DNA of 64,000 nt from Antedon mediterranea (GCF_964355755.1 NC_092674.1:12586001-12650000), one strand, 5' to 3'. Shown: positions 1-13,110, counted from the first letter of the stretch. A program made the numbers and translations. The notes: generated by a model not told the origin, from the letters alone.

Positions 1-380
1 AAAGTTACTTCCGAGTTCGTTATCACTTTGCGATGTCCGGGTTGCAACTACAAATTCGCTGTAGTCACAATAAAACATCTGTACGAAACTCGTGCAGCTG
101 TCCCACATGTGAACGTGACATGTACATTGATATACATTTGAGTAAAAATATTCCATATTTCTCTCTTTAAACAAACTAAAAAAAATGAACTAATTTATAT
201 TAATTATACTGTATATGGTTTGGCTATTTAATATTATTGTAACTCAGACTGTTTAAAACTTAATGAAGAAATAGCTCATAATGTTTAATATGTTATAAAT
301 TGTGTATACACTACGATACGACGTGACGTTATTATTACAGTAGTAGACAATGTATAAATATTATAATGTACCGATGATAA

Positions 381-949
381 TCTATATATAAATTATGGTT
401 AATTCTGACAAAGGCGAGCACAATGCAAACACTTCGGTACAAATCTCCGCCTTGGATACCTACCTTATCTCTCCCAGATGTACCGCGAAACGTAGATTTG
501 ATAACATTAGTTTTCACATCGACGCTATTGTTCCATATTTCAATCTTAGGAAGATATTATAAAGGGTTTTATAAGAAATTTTCTGATTTCAATCAGTAAA
601 TTTTAACTCTACGCGCGGTAGAAGTAATTTCCGGGTTCACGGTAAGGTGTTGGTTTCAACCAGGGAGTTGTAAAACAACTACCTGTTTCAAGTGCTTGGT
701 GGCGATAGCCATTTTGTGTTTTTGTTTATTTTCGGACCGCGCGTGTGAAGGTATATAATATAATCATCTAATACACTTAGGTTAGTGAGTACGTTTAGTT
801 TTACGAATATCAAAAGCATAGTAACCGACCGAAATTGTCCAGGCCAGAATGTCCTTCTAAAACTGTTTACGACAAGAGTCATTATTATTCCGAGAACCAT
901 CGTCTACACTTCCTAGAGGGGGAGCGAGAGAAGCGAGCTCACCCTCTAG
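381..949 (+). mobile_element. Non-autonomous Helitron (569 bp)
   Basis: Starts TCTATATATA, ends with hairpin ctagagggggagc...gctcaccctctag and CTAG, inserted between A and T with no TSD; absent from the paralogous flank of exon B (~2930-2980). Confidence 0.8.
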
Positions 950-1270
950 TAATTATTATTAATATTTATAAAGATTAAACAAGTTATTACCAAGTGTGAC
1001 ACCAGTTGTTACAAAACCTTGGTTAATCTGACTTTGCAATTTCAAGATTAACCTTGACGAGGCAGCGGTGTTCCGAACCATGTGAGGGGTACAACCGTGC
1101 AGTTCTCGACAATTTAGTTGCAACAAAAATGATCTGTAATATGACCCGCGATGTGGTTGCTTCATTTAGGTATGTTATTACTGACACGCCCTTTAAATTG
1201 TAAAATTAAACACTTTTTAAATCACACTTAATTATATAGTAATATTATTATTAATGTGTGTAACACTTAC

Positions 1271-1369
1271 TTTGGCCTGAAGATCCAATTTAGCACCTTC
1301 CTTGAGCAAAATAGTGCAAACATCTGTGTGGCCGTTTTGTGCAGCCAAATGTAAAGGTGACCATCCATC
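1271..1369 (-). CDS. Ankyrin-repeat exon type A (DGWSPLHLAAQNGHTDVCTILLKEGAKLDLQAK)
   Basis: 99 nt; ctg (acceptor CAG) at 1370-1372, cttac (donor GTAAG) at 1266-1270; manual translation. Confidence 0.92.
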
Positions 1370-2656
1370 CTGAAATATTACAAACTATGTTATAGTAATT
1401 TTTCTCTAAACAAAATATTATAATATTGTCCTGAAATCAATACGATGTGATCAATTAAAAATGACATTATAGATTTAGATAATGCTACATTATTAAATTA
1501 AATCAAGAGTATCAGCCCTTGATGTTTTCTTGAAGATAATGTATTGTATATGTATACATTTGTCTTTCTTGTATAACATTTATTATATAAGTGCTTTATA
1601 AATCTATAAAACAAATAAGTGGGGTTTTTTTGCCTTAAAAATAAACACTTCATCCGATAGTGCTAACTAGTCTGAGTGTAAATTATGATAAACTGGCAGT
1701 TAGCTAAAATATCCATACTTTAAATTCTGTTCAGGTAACACATTTTGACTGCTAAATTCTTATCATTCATGGTTTCATTTTACCGTTACTTGGAGGGGAT
1801 ATGTTTTTTTAAATGTTTTATAAAATCAAATAAAAATCTCGATTCATATCTATTTATTTTATCATTTTGCATAAAATACAGTGTTGCTCTACAGTACCAT
1901 CCAAAAACAGAAAACTGAAAAAAAAACACGAAATATCATTCTCTAACATTCAGTGCCCTAAAGGCATATGGTAATGATTACAGAATCTATTACGAGAGGT
2001 GATGGACCTTTTCTTTGAACGTCAAAATAGTGCATTGGATAGGTTGGGTCCTCAGTAAAGTATCTTATAAAAATGAATACTGTAGTCCTATACGTGATGC
2101 ATAACTAACAATACGTTCCAGCTAATTCCTACATGTGGTCTTGGTAAACTATAAAACAAGGAATAATGAGAATACTTTCAATGACAGATTTATAAAAAAA
2201 AGATGTACAGTATGCATAATGTGACTTGTTTTATTGTTAAATAACTATGTAACTATGCATTTTTTGATAGGGATGTAATGGGATAAAACGATCAGCATTA
2301 CATTCCCTTTCCGATGGATGGATGGTTCAGTGTGGAATGTCGGCCATTTTAAAATACAAATGGCACCTAACTCTTTTGAATTCAGCAACTCAAGAATAAC
2401 AAAGTTAGCCAATAAAATCTATTTTGGCACACATATCGAGCTGGAGCTAGTTTTCCTTACATATATGTGACTGTATTATACCGTATCATAATGTAGTATA
2501 TTTTAAATTTTGACATGACATAATAAACATTGAAAGTTCTTTCTAACCTATTTTTTCTCGGGGTACGCGCCGCCGTCTTCTTTATATCTTGACATAGATT
2601 GTATATTGTTTTCAATAAGCCGTGCGGAGGATTCAGGTAATGTCTCTTAGTATTAA

Positions 2657-2694
2657 CAGGGAAGAGTTAAATTACGTAAATTAACTCTTCCCTG
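2657..2694. mobile_element. 38-bp minimal TIR element with 7-bp TSD
   Basis: CAGGGAAGAGTTAA...TTAACTCTTCCCTG perfect 14-bp inverted ends, flanked by GTATTAA on both sides; absent at paralogous site ~4845; copy at 41203..41240. Confidence 0.7.
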
Positions 2695-2731
2695 GTATTA
2701 AAGGCTAACACCGCGGCTTTAAAATGTATAT

Positions 2732-2880
2732 TATGAATATAGATTGCTGAACCACCACTCATTCGTCCAAGACGGGAATCATTTATTAAGTTGTCATTTT
2801 CAAGATCTATTATATTCGATTTATTGTCGTCAAACCATGTCTCTGACATTACAATTACTGTAAATGTATGACTTAATGAC
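2732..2880 (-). mobile_element. LINE AP-endonuclease N-terminal fragment
   Basis: ORF 2667..2951 contains VIVMSETW...SRLGRMSGGSAIYIHN, the ETW / GGxAIY motifs of LINE APE domains; copy at ~41278..41426. Confidence 0.65.
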
Positions 2881-3293
2881 GTTATTATTACATAGTACAG
2901 TAGACTATGTATAAATATTATAATGTACCGCGATGGTAAGCCGACTCGCAATAAAATTAATAATATTACAAGTAATATTTATTATTAATTTATAACGATT
3001 AAACAAGTTATTACAAAGTGTGACATCAGAAAACCTTGATTAATCTTACTTTACAATGTCAAGATTAACCTTGACGAGGCAGCGGTGTTCCGAACCATGT
3101 AAGGGGTACAACCGTGCAGTTCTCAACAATTTAGTCATCCTCGCAACAAAAAAATGATCTGTAAAAACCCGCGATGTTGTTGCTTCATTTAGGTATGTTA
3201 TTACTGGCACGCCCTTTAAATTGTAAAATTAAACACTCTTTTAATCACACTTAATTATTTAGTAATATTATTATTAATTTTTGTAAAACTTAC

Positions 3294-3392
3294 TTTGTCA
3301 TAAAGATCCAATTTAGCACCTGCCTTGAGCAAAACAGTGCAAACATCTGTGTGGCCGTTTTTTGCAGCCACATATAAAGGTGACGCTCCATC
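3294..3392 (-). CDS. Ankyrin-repeat exon type B (DGASPLYVAAKNGHTDVCTVLLKAGAKLDLYDK)
   Basis: 99 nt with canonical splice sites; inside ORF 3255..3467. Confidence 0.92.
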
Positions 3393-4150
3393 CTGAAATA
3401 TTACAAACATTATATTATAGTATTTTCTCTCTCTAAACAAAGTATTATAATATTGTTCTGGAATCAATACGATGTGATCATTTAAAAATGACGTTATAGA
3501 TTTAAATTATGCTACATAGTTAAATTAAATAAAGAGTATTGACCCTTTTCTTTAAGATAATGTATTGTATTGTATACATATACATTTTTTGTCTTTCTTG
3601 TAGGCCTATAACATTTTTTTACAGTGTTTTATAAATTTATAAAACAAATAAGTGTTTTTTTCTTTTTTGGCCTGAAAAGTAAACACTTCATCCGATAGTT
3701 CTAACTAGTCTGAATGTAAACTGACAGTTACAGCTAAAAATATATCTAGGCTCCAAATTCTGTTCAGGTAACATGACACTTTGACTGCAAAATTCTTACA
3801 ATGATTACGGAATCTATTACGAGAGGTGATGGACTTTTTCTTTGAACGTCAAAATAGAGCATTGGATAGGTTGGGTCTTGCAAAATTGAATGTGTTTCCT
3901 CAATAAAGTCTCTTATAAAAATGAATCAAATTGAGATTTGCTTAATTATTGTAAGTGAAGCATAACTAAAAATACGTTCCAGCTAATTCTTACATAGTGA
4001 ATAATGAGAATATTGTTAATGACAGATTTATAAAAAAAAGACTTAAGCCTATGGGAGGTTTAACTACAAAAGATTTAAGTCTACGGAAAAGTAAAGTCTA
4101 TTTGACGGTAGTGATTTATTTGCAATCTCAACTTCAGATTGGGTACTGTA

Positions 4151-4588
4151 CCGTATTTCATGATTTAGGTGATTTTCCTATTTTTGTTTGTTACTTTGGG
4201 TGGAATATACTGTATGGTACTGCAAATAAGTCAATCTATAATAATAACCCACTACTCTAATATTAACCCATGGGGGTTACTCTTAAAGTCACAAAAACAT
4301 ATGATACAGCTGTATTTTGAAAAAAAAGGAGATAATGCAGGTTGATCTTGGGAGTGGGGAAGGATTGAGTGTTTTTGAGTTCAAACAAATTTGTTTATTC
4401 GTACTGTTTTATTATTTTGCTATGAGTTGCTGACCAGAAAAGTTTGGGTGGGTTACTATTTTCAGGTGCCTAATTTAAGATTAGTAATAGTAACCCACTA
4501 CTCTAATAGTAACCTCCTTCCAATAGTAACTCACCCTAAAAAACAATCAAAGAATAATAACTGAGGGTTACAATTAGAAGATTTACGG
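4151..4588. mobile_element. Tc1/mariner-superfamily-like MITE
   Basis: TA|CCGTA...TACGG|TA termini; internal repeated motif taacccactactctaata; copy at 42697..43134. Confidence 0.5.
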
Positions 4589-5711
4589 TATATAGAGTAC
4601 TGCTAACCATAATAGTAGGTAACATTTGTTTTATTTGACACGACAAAACATGTGAACTCCCCAAAAAATTATATAATGTAGTATATTTTAAATGTTGACA
4701 TGACGTAATAAACATTGAAAGTTCTTTCTAACAGAGTTTTTATCTCGGTTACTCGGATGATGTACTTAATTTTTGTTTTATTTATATTTTTACATAAATT
4801 GTACATTGTTTTTCAATAAACAGTGCGGAGGATTCAGGTAATTTTTCTTTAAATGGTAACACCGCGGCTTTAAAATGTATATTTCTTATAACATATAAAC
4901 CCTTAAACAATATTGGTTATAACCGTTAATAATTTTAGACAGCACTCAGGCAAAAGCTAAATTGCTTCTTCAAAAAGAAGTTGTTTTATAAGACGATACC
5001 ACAGTACGGGTGTGAAGTGGAACTAATTCGCCTTAAAATACTAGTTTAAAAAATATCATAATTAATTAACCTTTTAAAAAGCTGATAATCAGAGATGTGC
5101 GCGCGTGCAATTTAACTATCTCAATGAATATTTATTTACTAAAGCTAAAATTATGTTTTCTATTAGAGAAACTTTGTTGTTATGGGAACATACTAAGTGG
5201 TTGGTGTAACTTCACACTAACGATATATTTAAACATTACATTAATTAGTCTCCTTTACATAGACCTTTGTCATAGGCGATGATTTGAAATTCAGATAGTT
5301 TTAGTATTGATATTATGTTACGGAGGTGTAGTAGTATGCTACATGCAATGTGGATTGTTGAACATTTTAATTTATTGATGATAAAAGTATATTATTATTG
5401 TAACCGAATTTGTCATGATTTACGATGAATTTAAATCAGTTTTTGCATCATGTTATAAGGTATAGTAGTATTATATTATTATTGTAACTGCATTGTTAAA
5501 GTTTTATAGAATACTGGTAAAATACTGGTAAGTAATGTCCCACACTCCACAACTAAATATGGCCATGCATTTAATACTGAACATTGGATAGATTTAAACT
5601 ATATGAAACTATTTTAACAATAATATTGTTTGTACATTATACGTATGATGTAGTGATTCTTTGTATGTCACTGAAATTAATGGTAAATGTACAATTTGTA
5701 AAGTGTCCCAT

Positions 5712-7100
5712 TGTCACAAGTGATTTAATTTTTGTTCCATTGTACCGTATGAGGGGGTCATTCATGCGTAGCGGCCTCTTATTGGATGATGGGTTGGTAT
5801 ATAAAGTGTGTGCGGGAACGGCGCGAGGTTGAAAACCAGGAGTTGGGAGTAAGCTGAGTGTTGCATTTCTTGATTGGCTGTGGCAAACTACTATTGTTGC
5901 ATTGATAAGTTGCTAAGCGGAGAAAATAAAGAAAACCACAAAGTAAGAGATATAGATATTTGATGCACACTCCAGCGATATTGTAGTCGTGTAATAAATA
6001 ACTCCTTAATTTCTAATCTGAGGTCTCTTTTTACGACTGTTAATTGAGTGGTAGGCTACATTGAAGAAAGGATTGACTAATTGAATTTATAACTAAAGGA
6101 CTCTGGCAACCAGAACACTTGTGAATACGGAATAGTAACGATATTGGAATTGAACGAGACGGAAAGGAAAAACTTACTAGGCCTACTAGTACGACACGCC
6201 ATTGAATTGGAGACATTAAAGAAAGACGTTAAAGAAAAGAAGGATGGTTACAGAAATAATGCGTGGAATGTTAAACACAACGGCTACTGGTGTGTGAAAT
6301 AGCCACCTGATTGGAACTTACATGGCATTATCAACGTGTAAATTTATTGTAATTATATATATGGAATAGATAGATGAATTATGAAATAACAAATATTATA
6401 TGTGTGGAAGAGAATAGAATAATGTACGAATTTAAGAAATAGCGTGAAACAAAGTTTTGTTATTATAAATATGGAATAGATACTGAATTATGAAATAACG
6501 AGTATTATATAATTATGTGAAAAAGAAACGAACATAAGACAAATTGATAAAATTAGTGGCTAAAATATATTAGAAGATGAATGATTTATAATCGAAGTAT
6601 ATAAGACGAGATAGAGAAAGTGTTGTATTAATTGGATCATAGAGAATGGGGATAGTATTTAAGAGGGTAATTCGAGATTTATATGATGAAATTAATTGAA
6701 TAATATTGTAAAGTGTAACGATGATGCAAGTATACGTATAGGGGAATTAGGGTAGAGTGTATTTGGAATAGAAGTAATTATTTATTTATTATTGTATTCA
6801 TTTATTTGTTTATTGTATTTAATTGGGGTTTGAGTATTAGGAAAGGGGTAAAGGCCATCTCTAGAGATAATTGAGGGAGTAAAGGGAACTTGTAAGATTT
6901 ATGTGTTTATTGTTAACGGGTATTTATTTATTAGATGTTATTGAATGGTTAAGTGTGAAACTTCATATGAATCCTCGTTTGAGCCTGAGGTATAAATGTT
7001 TAAAAGAAAAGGAAAAAAAAAAAATTAAAATAACGATAGAAGCTCTTGAAGTAATTTGTAATTGTTTTCTGTATAACTAAATTGGCAAGGTTTCGTGACA
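5712..7100 (+). repeat. 5' LTR (1389 bp)
   Basis: TGTCAC...GTGACA termini; TATA-like tatataaa ~5798, aataaa ~5993. Confidence 0.93.
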
Positions 7101-7104
7101 TTTA

Positions 7105-7121
7105 TGGGGGCTCGTCCGGGA
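7105..7121 (+). promoter_or_regulatory. Primer binding site complementary to tRNA-Pro 3' end
   Basis: TGGGGGCTCGTCCGGGA, 17 of the 18 nt of the canonical PBS-Pro TGGGGGCTCGTCCGGGAT, 4 nt after the LTR. Confidence 0.9.
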
Positions 7122-7216
7122 GAGTGCCAATTTAAAAAAAAAATACAGAAAAAAAATAACAGCATTTTAGTGTTCTTATTACAGATATTGAAAACGATAA
7201 GGCTACAGTGTGCATC

Positions 7217-10200
7217 ATGGATCTTGAAAGACTCGTCGAGGCTGGTAAGGCGTTGGGTTATAGTGGCATGGAATTGCGAGAGTTTGTCAGTGAGAGAGAG
7301 AAAAGTGAGGAATTTGAAAAGAAAGAAAAGCAGAAAGAGGAACGAGAGGAGAGGGCTCATCAATTAGAATTGCGCAGAAATGACCAACAGATATTAGAAA
7401 TGCAGTTAATGTTAGAAAAGGTTAAATTAGAGGGAGGGGACACTCCTCGAGTTAAAACATGCGACCCAAACACCAATAAGATAAATGCTCGAACTCCCAA
7501 GTTGCCCGCTTTCAATGAAGGAAAGGATGACCTGGATTCCTATTTGAAACGATATGAAAGGTATGCAGTTAGTCAGGGATGGAGTATTGAATACTGGGCT
7601 ATAAATGTAAGTGCTTTACTAACGGGAAAATCTCTCGAAGGGTATTCTAGACTTTCCACAGAGGATGCAGATAATTACCGGACATTGAAAACAGCACTTC
7701 TGAAAAGATTTCAGTTAACGGCAGATGGGTTCCGAAATAAACTTCGATTGGCGAAACCAGAGACAGGAGAAAGTGGTCATCAGTTCGCAGCAAGGATAGG
7801 AAATTATCTTACCAGGTGGATTGAATTGGCAGAAGCAACACAATCATATGATGGACTGAAAGACCTTCTATTGAGAGAGCAGTTTACTGATGGATGTGGT
7901 CGAGAGTTAGCGTTATTTCTTCGGGAACGTCAGCCAAAAACTATCGGTGAAATGGCTGATATTGCTGAGCAGTACCTAGAAGCACGAGGAGGTATGTTCG
8001 GAAATATAATAGCAGCAAAAAGATTGCCTACCACCACTCATAGACAGGTAACCCAAGAACCGGTACCCATCATTAATAATCCCCAAGTTAGGTCAAATCC
8101 CATTACTTGTTTTCTCTGTCATCGGGTAGGACATTTAGCAAGAAATTGTCGGGCCACAACTGCTTTTAAACCAAATACCGGCCTTACATGTTATAGATGT
8201 CATGGAAAGGGTCATTTGGCAAAAAATTGTAGACAAGATGTAGATAAGTGTGCTGGATTACGTAACCCATATAATGGTCCTCCTCATGAGGAACCCAAGT
8301 CTTTAATTTTACAGCAGGAACAATCCAATGGTACAGTTAACCCTAATCCTTTCCAAACCCCGGAAAATTGTGGAGGTATGATAATTAGTTCAAACCCTCA
8401 TAAATTGAATAGGTGTTGTATGGATAACAAATCTAGTTATGTAACTTTAAAATGTGGTAATCTTCTTCCTATCATGAGTGCAGCGTGGAAGGGATCTGGT
8501 CCAGGAAGTATGCCCGTTTCTCCTGGATTGGTTGGGCAACACAAGGTAACAGTCTTACGGGATAGTGGTTGCAATGGCGTTGTCATAAAACAGTGTTATG
8601 TATCCCCAGATCAATTTACTGGTAACGTGAAAACATGTGTGTTAATTGACGGTACTGTGAGAAGGCTGCCGCTTGCTACAATACAAGTAAATACTCCTTA
8701 TTTTACAGGTATGACTCAGGCGTTATGTATGGATAATCCAATTTTTGATCTTATATTAGGGAATATAGAAGGTGTTCAGTCTCCGGATGATCCCGACAAA
8801 ACGTGGACAGGACGAAACGTCCCAGCATGTGCAGTCACTACTCGGGCACAAGCTATAACACAATCAAAACCATTTAAATCACTCAAAACTCTAGAAGCAG
8901 TCGATCAAGTCATTACCGTTGAGAATTTAAGGAACGCACAAAATACAGATGTAACACTCCGAAAAGTGAAAGAACTGGCAGAAAATGAAGGTGTTCGCGT
9001 AAGTAAAAGTAACGCAACTTCTCATTTCTTCTATAAAAATAATCTTTTGTATAGGAAATTCAGCTCTCCGTCAGTTGAACATGGAAATATATTTACTCAA
9101 CTCGTTGTCCCAAAGTCTTTGCGACATCAAGTAATGCGACAGGCGCACGAATCATTATTAGGCGGCCATCAAGGTGCCAAGAAAACCACCGACAAAGTCT
9201 TAACGAACTTCTATTGGCCAGGGATAACCGCCGACATTACCAGATATTGCCGTTCCTGTGATATCTGTCAAAGGACCGTTCAAAAAGGTAGAGTAGCCAA
9301 AGTTCCTTTAGGTAATATGCCTTTAATCGAAGCACCATTTGAACGCATAGCTGTCGATATCGTTGGTCCAATTCATCCTATCTCTAAAAATAGAAATAGA
9401 TACATTTTAACTATACTAGATTTTGCTACCAGGTACCCGGAAGCCATCGCTTTACCAAGTATAGAAGCTGAACGTGTTGCGGAAGGTTTAGTCAAAGTCT
9501 TTTCTAGAATTGAAATTCCGAAGGAAATGCTGACGGATCAAGGGTCACAATTCACTTCAGAGGTGATGAAACAAGTATGCAAACTACTGTCTATTAAGCA
9601 AATGATGACTTCACCGTATCATCCGGCCTGCAATGGTCTTGTTGAACGATTTAATGGCACGTTGAAACAGATGCTAAAACGGATGTGTGCGGAACGACCC
9701 AGCGACCGGGATAGGTATATATATCCTCTGTTATTTGCCATTAGAGAGTTTCCACAAGAGAGTCTTGGGTTTTCACCCTTTGAACTTCTATATGGACGTA
9801 ACCTTCGAGGCCCTATGACCATTTTAAGAGAGTTATGGACAGGTGAAGTTCACACGCCAGAAACCAAGAACACTTATCAATATGTTGTAGACTTAAAGGA
9901 ACGATTGAACGAAACGTGTGCAGTTGCACAAAAGAATCTACAAAAAGCAAAAGGGAGATACAAGAAGTATTACGACAAGAAAAGTCGAGCACGAGAATTC
10001 CAAGTAGGTGATAAGGTTTTGCTTTTACTTCCAACTGACCGAAACAAACTTCTACTTCAGTGGAAAGGCCCGTTTCCAATCATAGATAAAATGGGGTATT
10101 TAGATTACCGCATAGATCTGAATGGGAAGTTAAAAACATTTCATGCAAATCTTCTTAAACGATATCATGAACGTCAAGATGTATCTGGAGCCGCGCTAGC

Positions 10201-11760
10201 TGAGTTCCAATCGGATGTTTCACAGGGGGCGCTGGAAGTAGCATGTACTTCAGTAATCGAAAGTGAGGATATGGTAAGTGATGCTCCAATTGCTTTACAA
10301 ATGACCAATGATAACCTTTTGCAGCTTCATCCTTTGCAGGCTAAAGAAACTATCGCCGATGTCCACATTAGTGACGATTGTGATGAAATGGGTAGAAAAG
10401 AGGTAAAACGTCTTATTGCAAATTATAGGGACGTTCTCACAGATTTACCGGGTAAAACCACTCTGGGCAACCATGACATAAAACTTCGTACAGATGAGCC
10501 TATTCGAACCAAACCATACCCATTACCACACGCATTGCGGGATACAGTGAAAGATGAAGTGAGTATGATGTTAAACATGGGGGTAATTGAACCATCATGC
10601 GCTCCATGTGTTTCTCCAATTGTTTTGGTTAAAAAACCGGATGGATCAAATAGATTCTGTGTGGATTTCAGGAAGGTGAACCAAAGCACCGTGTTTGATG
10701 CAGAACCAATACCTGACCAAGATGAGTTATTTACAAAATTAGCCACTGATAATTATTTCACAAAACTAGATCTTAGTAAAGGTTATTGGCAGGTACCGAT
10801 GGATGAACGTTCCAAACAACTTACATCATTTGTAACGCCCAACGGTTTATTCCAATTTAAAGTTATGCCCTTTGGTTTGGTAAACGCCCCGGCTACGTTT
10901 AGTAGAATAATGAGGAAATTACTTCATGGAATGAAAAATACCACAAGTTATATCGATGATATCTTAATACATACATCTTCTTGGGAAGAACATTTAACAA
11001 TTCTAAAAGAATTATTTCGTCGTCTACGAGCAGCTAATTTAACAGCAAGACCAAGTAAGTGTTTCATCGGATACGAATCTATTGAATTTTTGGGCCATGT
11101 TGTTGGGAAGGGTCATCTGAAACCACGACCTGAGAAAATTCAAAGCATCGTTCAAGCAAAACGACCAGAAACCAAAAAGCAACTGCGATCATTCCTAGGA
11201 ACAACTAATTATTATCGTCGGTTCATACCACACTATTCTGCTATTGCGTCTCCATTGACGGATCGAACGAAGAATCAAGAACCAAACAAGATACGATGGG
11301 AGGTAAGTCAAGAAAATGCCTTCAAAACACTTAAGTCAAAACTAACCAGTAAACCTATTCTTTGTCTACCAGATTTAAGTAAACCGTTTATTCTGCGAAC
11401 AGACGCCTGTGACGAGGGAATCGGAGCAGTGCTCCTTCAAAATTATGGAAATGAAAAATTCCCTGTGGCTTATGCCAGCAAGAAGTTACTACCCCGGGAA
11501 AAAGCGTACTCTATTATGGAGAAGGAATGTTTATCAATAATTTGGGGTGTACGTAAGTTTGAAACATACCTATATGGTCGAGAATTTACCTTAGAAACTG
11601 ACCATCAACCCCTTGTTTACATGCAAAAAGCTAAATTAGCGAATGGTAGAATAATGCGCTGGGCACTGGCGCGCTCCAGCCATACAGGTTCCGAATTGAA
11701 GCTATCAAAGGTAGCGATAACGTAGGTGCGGATTATCTCAGCCGCAGTTCATGTAGTTAG
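7217..11760 (+). CDS. Gag-Pol polyprotein: SCAN-like capsid region, 2 CCHC knuckles, aspartic protease, integrase, RT, RNase H; 2-bp frameshift near the C-terminus
   Basis: ATG at 7217; CFLCHRVGHLARNC and CYRCHGKGHLAKNC; LRDSG; HHCC + VDIVG/TDQG/VERFN + WKGPF integrase; LDLSKGYWQ, YIDD RT; TDAC/EKE/TDH RNase H. An extra CG at ~11672-11673 shifts the frame; the native tail LQPYRFRIEAIKGSDNVGADYLSRSSCS* ends at 11760. Confidence 0.93.
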
Positions 11761-11788
11761 AAAATGTATATCCCCATACATTGTTCTT

Positions 11789-11809
11789 GAGTGGGGGGGG
11801 GGGGGGAAA
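11789..11809 (+). promoter_or_regulatory. Polypurine tract
   Basis: gagt-G14-aaa immediately before the 3' LTR. Confidence 0.85.
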
Positions 11810-13110
11810 TGTCACAAGTGATTTAATTTTTGTTTCATTGTACCGTATGAGGGGGTCATTCATGCGTAGCGGCCTCTTATTGGATGATGGGTTGGTATAT
11901 AAAGTGTGTGCGGGAACGGCGCGAGGTTGAAAACCAGGAGTTGGGAGTAAGCTGAGTGTTGCATTTCTTGATTGGGTGTGGCAAACTACTATTGTTGCAT
12001 TGATAAGTTGCTAAGCGGAGAAAATAAAGAAAACCACAAAGTAAGAGATATAGATATTTGATGCACACTTCAGCGATATTGTAGTCGTGTAATAAATAAC
12101 TCCTTAATTTCTAACCTGAGGTCTCTTTTTACGACTGTTAATTGAGTGGTAGGCTACATTGAAGAAAGGATTGACTAATTGAATTTATAACTAAAGGACT
12201 CTGGCAACCAGAACACTTGTGAATACGGAATAGTAACGATATTGGAATTGAACGAGACGGAAAGGAAAAACTTACTAGGCCTACTAGTACGACACGCCAT
12301 TGAATTGGAGAAAGACGTTAAAGAAAAGAAGGATGGTTACAGAAATAATGCGTGGAATGTTAAACACAACGGCTACTGGTGTGTGAAATAGCCACCTGAT
12401 TGGAACTTACATGGCATTATCAACGTGTAAACTTATTGTAATTATATATATGGAATAGATAGATGAATTATGAAATAACAAATATTATATGTGTGGAAGA
12501 GAATAGAATAATGTACGAATTTAAGAAATAGCGTGAAACAAAGTTTTGTTATTATAAATATGGAATAGATACTGAATTATGAAATAACGAGTATTATATA
12601 ATTATGTGAAAAAGAAACGAACATAAGACAAATTGATAAAATTAGTGGCTAAAATATATTAGAAGATGAATGATTTATAATCGAAGTATATAAGACGAGA
12701 TAGAGAAAGTGTTGTATTAATTGGATCATAGAGAATGGGGATAGTATTTAAGAGGGTAATTCGAGATTTATATGATGAAATTAATTGAATAATATTGTAA
12801 AGTGTAACGATGATGCAAGTATACGTATAGGGGAATTAGGGTAGAGTGTATTTGGAATAGAAGTAATTATTTATTTATTATTGTATTCATTTATTTGTTT
12901 ATTGTATTTAATTGGGTTTTGAGTATTAGGAAAGGGGTAAAGGCCATCTCTAGAGATAATTGAGGGAGTAAAGGGAACTTGTAAGATATTTATTTATGTG
13001 TTTATTGTTAACGGTTATTTAATTATTAGATGTTATTGAATGGTTAAGTGTGAAACTTCATATGAATCCTCGTTTGAGCCTGAGGTATAAATGTTTAAAA
13101 GAAAAGGACA
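11810..13110 (+). repeat. 3' LTR with ~85-bp subterminal deletion
   Basis: Matches the 5' LTR but jumps gaaaagga>ca just before the TSD. Confidence 0.92.

Larger units (their letters stand above)
5712..13110 (+). mobile_element. Gmr1-like Ty3/Gypsy LTR retrotransposon (full length)
   Basis: Paired LTRs, 5-bp TSD CCCAT (5707-5711, 13111-13115), tRNA-Pro PBS, G-rich PPT, single gag-pol ORF ordered PR-IN-RT-RH. Confidence 0.95.

Noticed and set aside
335-1165. Recurrent 60-70-aa ORFs seen three times
   Set aside because: Recurrence is explained by the segmental duplications; they overlap a non-coding Helitron and intron flank.
1200-1450. RSS-like signals flanking the exons (V(D)J-like somatic rearrangement)
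   Set aside because: No heptamer/nonamer next to any exon; the only CACAGTG end noted belongs to an intronic transposon kilobases away.
3255-3467. ORFs 3255..3467, 13585..13776 and their copies as standalone small ankyrin proteins
   Set aside because: Only the central 33 codons are ankyrin-like and they are bounded by splice sites; the rest is intron read-through.
5584-7367. Short ORFs within or overlapping the LTR and gag start, and antisense ORFs inside pol
   Set aside because: No motifs; chance or shadow ORFs.
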